A program made the translations under genes and the position numbers. A stretch of DNA of 64,000 nucleotides from a virus. Where the stretch lies: positions 1-64,000 of IMG/VR virus record IMGVR_UViG_3300020172_000530, one strand, 5' to 3'. Shown piece after piece: positions 56,861 to 64,000 of the stretch; within the stretch, counting starts at the first letter, position 1; every line of letters begins with the position of its first letter. The notes beneath the pieces were generated by a model. That model was given only the letters and a program-made list of their open reading frames with translations, was not told the origin of the DNA and searched no databases.

Positions 56861-57426
56861 AAGTATTAATTACCGGAAATAAAAATTTTGGGATTGCTAA
56901 AGAGCTATTCCAGTTGTATCCAGATGCTACCTTTGTAAGCAAGACTGCAGGAGTTGATTTGACTACACAAACAGGACACACTCACTGCGCTGAATTATGT
57001 CTAGAACATGATATCTTTATTAATTGTGCTGCTTTATGGAAATTTAATCAAACAGTTCTTTTAGAAACAGTTTATAAGGCCTGTATTAATGTTAATCATG
57101 ATATACATATCATAAATGTAGGAAGCACTACAGACAGAGTCAAAAATGGAAAATCATGGTTATATAATGCTGAGAAAAAAGCATTAAGAGATTATTCCAA
57201 CACTTTAGGAATAGCAGGTGTATGGGACAAAGGACCGAAAGTCAGTTATATAAGTTTTGGAACATTAAGTAATAATCAGGACAAGCATCCTGACAGACGA
57301 ACGATGGATATAAATTTAGCAGCACAGTATATCAAATGGATCATAGATCAGCCTAAAGAAATCAACATCAACGAACTTAGTGTAGATCCTTTACAGAATG
57401 AAAGGTGGTATAAAAATGAGTCTTGA
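56857..57426 (+). CDS. Short-chain dehydrogenase/reductase (SDR)
   Basis: KVLITGNKNFGIA Rossmann start, FINCA, INVGS, catalytic YxxxK (YNAEK); ATG 56857 overlaps the upstream TGA. Confidence 0.8.
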   Translation: MKVLITGNKNFGIAKELFQLYPDATFVSKTAGVDLTTQTGHTHCAELCLEHDIFINCAALWKFNQTVLLETVYKACINVNHDIHIINVGSTTDRVKNGKSWLYNAEKKALRDYSNTLGIAGVWDKGPKVSYISFGTLSNNQDKHPDRRTMDINLAAQYIKWIIDQPKEININELSVDPLQNERWYKNES

Positions 57427-58534
57427 AAATGTAATCTGTCCTTTACCATGGCATCATATCGCTATAAGACCTAACGGTAGAGTATATCCGTGTTGTTATT
57501 TTAGACATGAAGATACTCCCGAAGAGTTTAATCTATCTCATACAGATGTGTTTAATCATCCATTCTTATTAGATGTCAGAGAACAAATTAAAAATGGTAA
57601 TCCTGTATCTGGATGTAAACAATGTTATCAGAATGAAAAAACTTCTGGAAGAAGTATGAGATTAGAGTCCTTAGAAAACTCAAAAGAAATTACAGGAAAA
57701 CCTTTTACTATTCCAGATCAGCCAACTCTAATTTATATTGATTTAGCACTAAGTAACGTATGTAACAATAGATGTAGAATGTGTGGTCCTGAGCTTAGTA
57801 CTAATTGGTATCCGGATGCCAAGGCTTTAGGAATACCAATAAACAAAGGTATTATAGAAAATAAAGATCCAGTGGAAAAGATAGATCTTTCTCGATTACA
57901 ATATTTAAAATTAATAGGCGGTGAGCCTATGTTAGAACAAGAAAAATTTATCAAAATTCTTGAACGTTGTGATTTACCACAGTTGTCAATATTTCTTGCT
58001 ACTAATGTTACTACAAGGCCTAATGATGATCTAATGAAATTATTTAGACGTTGTAAACAAGTAAAAATTGCCTGTAGTATTGATGCTTACGGAAAATTAA
58101 ATGACTTCCTACGTAAAGGCAGTGTATGGGAAGAGATAGATAACAATTTAAGATGGTATTCTAACAATTTTGAAGTTGTGATGATTCACTCTGTTATCAG
58201 TATCTACAATATAAATCAAATAGAGCTATTGTTAAAATATGTTAAAGACGAATATCCAAATGTTCATTTTCAATTTGTAATGGTAGATGGTCCTGATTGG
58301 ATGCGTCCTTCTAATCTACCAGTTGAAATTAAAGATAAAATAATGAAACGAATTAACAAATTAGATTATGAAGAAATAATAGAGCTGAGAGGGTTAGTAT
58401 ATGATCATATTGCCATGCAAGGAAATTTTGCCAAGTTTAAAGAAATGGACGATAAATTAAACCAATTAAGAAATGAACATTGGAAAGATTCTAATCCAGA
58501 ACTGTACGAAATGTTAAAAAAATATTATGAGTGA
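57416..58534 (+). CDS. Radical SAM enzyme 8, N-terminal twitch-like domain
   Basis: ICPLPW...YPCC...CKQC; CNNRCRMC; IGGEP; ATN; SIDA; ATG 57416 follows an AGGTGG SD. Confidence 0.92.
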   Translation: MSLENVICPLPWHHIAIRPNGRVYPCCYFRHEDTPEEFNLSHTDVFNHPFLLDVREQIKNGNPVSGCKQCYQNEKTSGRSMRLESLENSKEITGKPFTIPDQPTLIYIDLALSNVCNNRCRMCGPELSTNWYPDAKALGIPINKGIIENKDPVEKIDLSRLQYLKLIGGEPMLEQEKFIKILERCDLPQLSIFLATNVTTRPNDDLMKLFRRCKQVKIACSIDAYGKLNDFLRKGSVWEEIDNNLRWYSNNFEVVMIHSVISIYNINQIELLLKYVKDEYPNVHFQFVMVDGPDWMRPSNLPVEIKDKIMKRINKLDYEEIIELRGLVYDHIAMQGNFAKFKEMDDKLNQLRNEHWKDSNPELYEMLKKYYE

Positions 58535-59699
58535 TCTAAAGAAAAGCAGCTATGATTTTACCAAAGTTCCTTACGACGATATCGTTCGTGTTGGACAGCG
58601 TACCATGCTGTACAAAGACATGTTCACTGTAAGTTGGTTGCTTGGCAGGTATTGTAATTATCGCTGTAGTTACTGTTGGCCATACGCTCGTAGTGATAGT
58701 AAGGACCATAGACCTACAGAACTATGTCTGAAAACTATCGACGAAATAAAACGTCAAGCAAGAGAACGGAATTTTAATAGTTTTCATTTTAGCCTAAGTG
58801 GAGGCGAACCTACTTTTCATCCTGGATATATAGATATTTTATCTCATCTCAATAGTGACGTAGAGAATACTAATTACACTAGCGTTCATATGACTAGTAA
58901 TATGAGTAGATCTGTAGAATGGTTTGAAACTAAGTATTGTCCGGCAGTGAACAAATTCCATAGAGCTAGTATAACAGCCAGTCTACACACAGAACATGTA
59001 AACACTAAAGAAAAAATGCAGGACTTTGCAGACAAACTTATGCTTTGTCAAAAGTATGATGTACAGGTAACTATCAATATGGTTATGGTACCAGAATGGT
59101 TTGATAAGGATTATGATAATGCATTATTTTTTCATGAACAAGGTATCAATGTTACATTAAAACCACAGAGCGATCCTACAGCTAGTTTTGTTGTTGACGG
59201 GTATACTTCTGAAATGTTAGAAAAATTACACAATGGTATGCCACAAAGAGCGTTTACAGAAAGTAAAGCACAGTTATACAATCTTGTAAAAAGACCAGAA
59301 CCAAAATTTTACAAAACACCAGATCCAATTTATAAAGAAGAAAATTCTACAGTCCCGCAACATTTTCAAGTTGAATTTGTAGACAAGAATAAAAAAGTAT
59401 GGTATATGGATCAAGCAGAACGATTTAATGCTTTTAATTTTAATAAATTCCAAGGTTGGGAATGTTCAAGCGGGTATCGTAGTATCATTATACGCGAGCC
59501 GGATGGTAGTATAAAACGTAGTTATAGTTGTTATGATGTTCCTTTAGGTAATATCGAAACAGGATTTCAACTGTTCGATGGACCAAAAACTTGTATTAGT
59601 CCAAGTTGTGTAAGCAGTGCCGATAGTAAGATTCCTAAACGTGCTCCTGGTACAGATCTGCCCTTGTGGCCAGGTGATAACACTTTTAAATCAGATTAG
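58527..59699 (+). CDS. Radical SAM enzyme 9, paralogue of enzyme 6
   Basis: WLLGRYCNYRCSYC, SGGEPT, TSN, SLH; GWEC...SC...C...C tail. Confidence 0.92.
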   Translation: MSDLKKSSYDFTKVPYDDIVRVGQRTMLYKDMFTVSWLLGRYCNYRCSYCWPYARSDSKDHRPTELCLKTIDEIKRQARERNFNSFHFSLSGGEPTFHPGYIDILSHLNSDVENTNYTSVHMTSNMSRSVEWFETKYCPAVNKFHRASITASLHTEHVNTKEKMQDFADKLMLCQKYDVQVTINMVMVPEWFDKDYDNALFFHEQGINVTLKPQSDPTASFVVDGYTSEMLEKLHNGMPQRAFTESKAQLYNLVKRPEPKFYKTPDPIYKEENSTVPQHFQVEFVDKNKKVWYMDQAERFNAFNFNKFQGWECSSGYRSIIIREPDGSIKRSYSCYDVPLGNIETGFQLFDGPKTCISPSCVSSADSKIPKRAPGTDLPLWPGDNTFKSD

Positions 59700-61052
59700 T
59701 CCCCTATAACCTCCACGTATTGATTTTATCCACCATTCTCCTACGTTTATTGTAGCGTACCGATCATAATTAAACATTATTGTTTCTTTCCAGCTTTCGT
59801 TTAAATTGTTCTTTGCTTTAATATCTAGACTATCTATCCATTTCATTTTTTCAATAACTTGATCTAATTCTATATGCAGGATAGGATGAGGATTAAAATC
59901 TAAATGTTCGTAAGTCTTAAATCCAAAGTATTTGATCATTCTACTAAGATGCTGGCCGCCGAAAGTTAAAAATGGTAATCCTTCTACGATAGGTTTTGCG
60001 GTTTTTTCTGTCAGCATGGAGGAAGTAAATCCGTCTTCAGTGTAACCAAACCCTATTGGAAAATCAAAAGTCTCTAGTACTACATTATACATGATATCTT
60101 CTACTTGGTTTCTTGAAACTATTTCACCGACCCACGGCTTTCTGGAACCAGTTTCGTCTATTGGATCAATAATTTTAATATCGTCTAGAATATTTTCTAA
60201 CTCAGGAGTAACCCATTTGAGTTGATCTGGTATTTCTTTTGCATATTCTAAAAATAAATTTTTTAGTGGTTTAAGAAGACTGTATTTTCCCTTTCCTTCG
60301 ACCAGATTTTCTTTGTGCACTCTCATAAAAAATAGCATTCTGTTCAATCGTTCTGTGTAAGAATATGCTACCCACTGCGTTGTATTTTCTGTTATTTTTT
60401 TCTTTTTTATAGAATCAAATAGCATGTCTCTATTACTAATAATATCTTTTGAAATTTTAGGCTTGTAGTAAAAGAAAGGTAATGGAAACCATACATTAGT
60501 AAGATAAGGAGACGTGATAAAATAATTTTGACTTTCTGGAACAGGTCTATATATAGGATGCACAACAATTATAGGATGCCGGTCTAGACCATGAAAAAAC
60601 TGATCGCATTCAGTAAGATCATTGCCTTTTTGCATAATTTTACTGTGATAGCCTGTGCTCATAAAGTCGTGCGGGTTAGTAATTTCCATTGAGCTATCGA
60701 TGATAATTGGAATGTTGTGTTTTTTAATAAACTTAATAATTTCGTAGTCAATTCCTAATAAGTTTAAAAAATGAAATGTTTGAAATGCGTGCATAACATT
60801 AATAAAATAATAGACTTCATAGTCTTTGGATATCTCAGTATGCCCTACTTCTTTAATAAAATCTTTAGCTGAAACGAATTCTATAGTTTTGTACAAGTCA
60901 CTTCTAAGAGTATCAACAATTTCGTCAAAATTTGGCACCCCAATAAATTCTCTTCTATTAACATCCATGGCAGATTTATAAAGTTTTTCTAGAAGTGTAA
61001 TTGGTCTGCCATCACTGGCGATTTCTTCTACAAGTAAAATTATTTTTTTCAT
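59691..61052 (-). CDS. Hypothetical protein with GT10/GT-B-like C-terminal donor-binding motif
   Basis: YNVVLET...LTEKTAKPI...PFL.FG...GFKTY resembles the fucosyltransferase-type ITEK motif. Confidence 0.5.
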   Translation of the reverse strand: MKKIILLVEEIASDGRPITLLEKLYKSAMDVNRREFIGVPNFDEIVDTLRSDLYKTIEFVSAKDFIKEVGHTEISKDYEVYYFINVMHAFQTFHFLNLLGIDYEIIKFIKKHNIPIIIDSSMEITNPHDFMSTGYHSKIMQKGNDLTECDQFFHGLDRHPIIVVHPIYRPVPESQNYFITSPYLTNVWFPLPFFYYKPKISKDIISNRDMLFDSIKKKKITENTTQWVAYSYTERLNRMLFFMRVHKENLVEGKGKYSLLKPLKNLFLEYAKEIPDQLKWVTPELENILDDIKIIDPIDETGSRKPWVGEIVSRNQVEDIMYNVVLETFDFPIGFGYTEDGFTSSMLTEKTAKPIVEGLPFLTFGGQHLSRMIKYFGFKTYEHLDFNPHPILHIELDQVIEKMKWIDSLDIKAKNNLNESWKETIMFNYDRYATINVGEWWIKSIRGGYRGLI

Positions 61053-61696
61053 CGTATGTATGGAGCAAACACTGATTGTTTGCTTAGATCTTTGTATGTA
61101 AGATTGCTGCCTGTATCTGGATTGTATTCGCTTATATTTTCCATCAATAATAACCCTTTAGCTGCTTCTTCTGGAGTCATATACATATGATACCCAATAC
61201 AAGAATAATCATCAGAATCGTGTGGAATATCTTTGTGTCTACCGTCGTAGATCATAGGCCTACACCACTCTACAAAAGCAGCATCGTTAGTAAGTATAAC
61301 ACCCCCTTTTCCTATCTTTAACGTTTTTCTATGATGAAAACTTACACAAAAATACGAATTGTCAATATACATTCCTTGACAAAATCTAGTAGCAGCATCA
61401 ATGATACTTGTGAAGCCAATTTTATACCAGCCCGACCACTCTTTATCTATAAATCGAATATAATTTCCAGCATGAATGGCTTGCATAACAGGGCTTGAAT
61501 AAGTGTGTTTGGGGAATTCTAAAACTTGACCTTTGATGTCAAGATATTTAAGACAAAGAAATATACCGTTGCTACAGCTATCTACGCATACAGCATAACG
61601 ACTTCCTGCGTATTCTGCTAGACGTTGTTCGAATAGTGTAACAGCGTCCCAAGGATCATTTATCTGGTATCCTTTATTTGTGAGCTCGGTTATCAT
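61049..61696 (-). CDS. Short DegT/DnrJ/EryC1/StrS-family PLP-dependent aminotransferase
   Basis: FEQRLAEYAG..YAVCVDSCSNG, IDAA, SFHHRKTL (Schiff-base Lys), GKGGVILTND. Confidence 0.8.
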   Translation of the reverse strand: MITELTNKGYQINDPWDAVTLFEQRLAEYAGSRYAVCVDSCSNGIFLCLKYLDIKGQVLEFPKHTYSSPVMQAIHAGNYIRFIDKEWSGWYKIGFTSIIDAATRFCQGMYIDNSYFCVSFHHRKTLKIGKGGVILTNDAAFVEWCRPMIYDGRHKDIPHDSDDYSCIGYHMYMTPEEAAKGLLLMENISEYNPDTGSNLTYKDLSKQSVFAPYIR

Positions 61697-62408
61697 AAGC
61701 GATATCGTTATCGTGCCAGTACAAGCTTCTATGTGGCGGATCGTCTTCTAAATATTGACTATTACTCACATAGTAAAATAATCTAAGTGTGTTTCTACTT
61801 ACTCTATCCGGACATTGGATTGGTGTCGGATAACCATGGAATCCTGTTTTATGATACTGCCAAATTACACAACGATTGAATTTTGTAAAAACGCTTTGTA
61901 CTAGATTTTTATTTGTATCGTCGTAAAATTCAATATGTCCACCAAACTCCTCTTGCCATTCTTCAGTGAGATATACAATTAGTGTCAACTTTCTATGTAG
62001 TTTAAGTTCGTCATTCCAGTTAAAATCTGTATGAACTTTTAAACTATCACCGTTAAAGCTTCGACTATATCCTGCTCCAGTTAGATGAGGATCGGGTAAC
62101 AGACCTTGTATGCCAGTAATTTTTTCTAACCACTTTAATCCTGTAGTGCTGTGTAATTGATTAACTATGTTAACTGCTTCTGGACTATAATCCAAATTCT
62201 TACATTCCTTCATATAGCTACCACGACGTGTGAATTCAGTCCAGTGTTCAGTAGGTACACTCTCACATTCTGCTTGTAGTTTTTTTGCTGTTGATATAGG
62301 TAAAAAATCATCCAACACAAGTATTGGATGAGGTTGAGTTTTTACAAATGTTGAATGAAGTTCTTGAAAATTCGAAAACTTATTTTTTATATATTGTATA
62401 TCATACAT
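61674..62408 (-). CDS. 2OG-Fe(II) oxygenase (prolyl-4-hydroxylase-like)
   Basis: LKVHTD (HxD), LIVYL..W..EFGG, FNRCVIW, FHG, R. Confidence 0.88.
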   Translation of the reverse strand: MYDIQYIKNKFSNFQELHSTFVKTQPHPILVLDDFLPISTAKKLQAECESVPTEHWTEFTRRGSYMKECKNLDYSPEAVNIVNQLHSTTGLKWLEKITGIQGLLPDPHLTGAGYSRSFNGDSLKVHTDFNWNDELKLHRKLTLIVYLTEEWQEEFGGHIEFYDDTNKNLVQSVFTKFNRCVIWQYHKTGFHGYPTPIQCPDRVSRNTLRLFYYVSNSQYLEDDPPHRSLYWHDNDIAYDNRAHK

Positions 62409-63073
62409 CAGTTATTTATAGTGCTAATCATAGGAAATACATTGGATATAACTTCTGCACATGCCTTTGCCACTTCCTGATGTTCTTTTTGGGTACCATT
62501 AGCACTACGTAGCTCAATAAAATGTACCCAACTTCGCAGTGTACCATTCATATACAATCGACTCACTGTATTACCTTCTGGTAAGATAGCACGAGCTTGT
62601 TCCTTGGCAATACCTTTAGCAATTGCTTCAGCATAAGTTTCTTTTACATATTGAATAAGGAATTGCTGTTTAGCGTTCCACCAAGATTGTAATTCAACAT
62701 CCTCAGTTTCTATACTATTTTGTCTATTCTTGGTGTCTTGTAATCTTGCTTCTCGAAGAACAAAGTCAAGATCTTTAGTTGGGTCTGCATATCGTTGCGA
62801 GAACTCTTGGAATGAAAAGCTACGGTGCCGTAAAATCTGTCTGGCAATATCTCTTGTGGTTTCAATTTCGATACAGGCAGAGACCATTTCGAGTGGCGAC
62901 CAGTGCTGATGTTTGATGAGGTATCGTATAAGTTTTTCGCTTGTCTCAGTGTTAAGCTGGTTGCTTGGATTGCTAACACGGGCGCAATATGCGATAAGTT
63001 CTTGTGCGTCGCCGATACCCAGTTGTTCGAATTCTCTAGTTGGTTGACTGTAGGATAAAAGTTTGACATTCAT
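62408..63073 (-). CDS. thyX: FAD-dependent thymidylate synthase
   Basis: RHRSFSFQEFSQRY ThyX motif, HWSPLE, EQARAILP. Confidence 0.97.
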   Translation of the reverse strand: MNVKLLSYSQPTREFEQLGIGDAQELIAYCARVSNPSNQLNTETSEKLIRYLIKHQHWSPLEMVSACIEIETTRDIARQILRHRSFSFQEFSQRYADPTKDLDFVLREARLQDTKNRQNSIETEDVELQSWWNAKQQFLIQYVKETYAEAIAKGIAKEQARAILPEGNTVSRLYMNGTLRSWVHFIELRSANGTQKEHQEVAKACAEVISNVFPMISTINN

Positions 63074-63382
63074 TTATTTAAGCTTTCTTTTCTTTAAAAA
63101 TTTGTTTGTGTGTTTAATAATATCTTTTTTAATTCTCTCTGTGTCTAATTTAAAGTCTACATTATCGATATCACTTTCGTAAGTGGATAACATATCTTTG
63201 AGGCTTGGCTCAAATATTTCCCAGTCTTTTCCTGCTAAGTTGACTTCCCAAATTTTTCCGTTTTTAAACTTGACCGTAACCGAATCTAAATATCGTAAAG
63301 GCACGACATTTAGATTAATTTCTCCAAAAACTTCTGGCCAATGTTCGATTACGTCGTTAGGAAATTTCTTTCCTTGTGTCAC
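63074..63382 (-). CDS. Hypothetical protein
   Basis: 102-aa ORF abutting thyX and overlapping the upstream gene. Confidence 0.75.
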   Translation of the reverse strand: MTQGKKFPNDVIEHWPEVFGEINLNVVPLRYLDSVTVKFKNGKIWEVNLAGKDWEIFEPSLKDMLSTYESDIDNVDFKLDTERIKKDIIKHTNKFLKKRKLK

Positions 63383-63993
63383 GTAATCGATACAACCTTT
63401 TTCTTTGTAGGAACTAACTCTTCAGCCATTCTTCTTAGTTGAGCAGCCTCTTTACTCAATCTGTCAGCATCGCTTCTGTACTTTTTAGCTAAGTCTTCAT
63501 CATTTAGTGGACTTTGATCTACAAGCGGTTCTGTGCTCTGTGTTTTAGGACTAATGTCTTTAGCAGTAGCCACTTCTTTTACTTCTGTAGCAGGATTAGG
63601 CACATCAGGTTGAAGGGCTAAATCTTGCACGCTGATGCCTCGTTGTTCTGCAATTATCTGATTTAACTCAGATAATAAGATATTTACAGAAGAATTTGGA
63701 GTCATTTCTACAGCACTAGTAGGAAGCTTAGTGAATAGCTGTTTAGCATGTAACGATGGTAGCATAGTACTACCGTCTGAAAATACAGCTCTTGCTAGTA
63801 CTTCACTGAGTTCGGAGTTTGATTGTGCAGCATTTGATTCTACGAGATTTATCAAAGAATCATGATAACTGTCAGTTAGTGATTCAGTCATTATTACTAA
63901 GCAACTAAATGCGTCTCCAGGAAGTGTTCTAAAAACAACAATACACTTCCTACCGTTATCTTTAATTCTACCTATATGTTTGATATCAGCCAT
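63379..63993 (-). CDS. Hypothetical protein with C-terminal coiled coil
   Basis: 204-aa ORF; LAKKYRSDADRLSKEAAQLRRMAEEL helix. Confidence 0.8.
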   Translation of the reverse strand: MADIKHIGRIKDNGRKCIVVFRTLPGDAFSCLVIMTESLTDSYHDSLINLVESNAAQSNSELSEVLARAVFSDGSTMLPSLHAKQLFTKLPTSAVEMTPNSSVNILLSELNQIIAEQRGISVQDLALQPDVPNPATEVKEVATAKDISPKTQSTEPLVDQSPLNDEDLAKKYRSDADRLSKEAAQLRRMAEELVPTKKKVVSIT

Positions 63994-64000
63994 ATTAGGC

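Noticed and set aside
7796-57954. Many 60-145-aa antisense or nested ORFs in the track (e.g. 7796, 24760, 31786, 35087)
   Set aside because: Shadows of long plus-strand genes; no independent signals.
47329-59699. Assigning specific names (moaA, queE, nrdG, pqqE, viperin) to the radical SAM genes
   Set aside because: Only superfamily motifs are visible and the partner genes for those pathways are absent from the window.
62710-63069. 119-aa alternate-frame ORF inside thyX
   Set aside because: Fully nested in a well-supported gene with no motif or separate SD.
1-64000. Stop-codon reassignment as in some jumbo phages
   Set aside because: Genes up to 15.5 kb are open in the standard code, and TAA, TGA and TAG all end genes at sensible overlaps (TAG at 49574 and 59699).

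Overview
AT-rich, gene-dense segment of a large T4-superfamily-like (jumbo) myophage genome read in the standard genetic code; no CRISPR array, tRNA or IS element was seen. Layout: (i) 1-5673, minus strand: a gp55-like late sigma factor, gp47/gp46 (Mre11/Rad50-like) recombination nuclease, a small stand-alone GIY-YIG nuclease, a ~380-nt GC-enriched, highly base-paired non-coding region (candidate structured RNA) and a late-promoter-driven ORF running off the window; (ii) 5748-42034, plus strand: baseplate and tail module (tube cap/initiator-like, gp53, hub, gp5, gp25, gp6, a 5169-aa wedge/adhesin protein, tail fibres, chaperone, paralogous fibre proteins); (iii) 42096-59699, plus strand, tightly coupled and directly after the tail genes: an enzyme cluster with 4 GT-A-like glycosyltransferases, a SAM methyltransferase, nine radical SAM enzymes with twitch/SPASM-like Cys clusters, a QueC-like PP-loop ATPase, an SDR and two small ORFs; (iv) 59691-63993, minus strand, convergent: a GT-like protein, a truncated DegT aminotransferase, a 2OG-Fe(II) oxygenase, thyX and two hypotheticals. 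Most notable: the radical SAM/glycosyltransferase cluster (candidate virion glycan or protein-modification pathway), the structured RNA behind the GIY-YIG gene, and a bipartite late promoter TACGCAC-N14-TAAATA (three exact copies), one of which interlocks with the sigma70 promoter of the late sigma gene itself. All protein calls come from motif recognition by eye; no searches were run.
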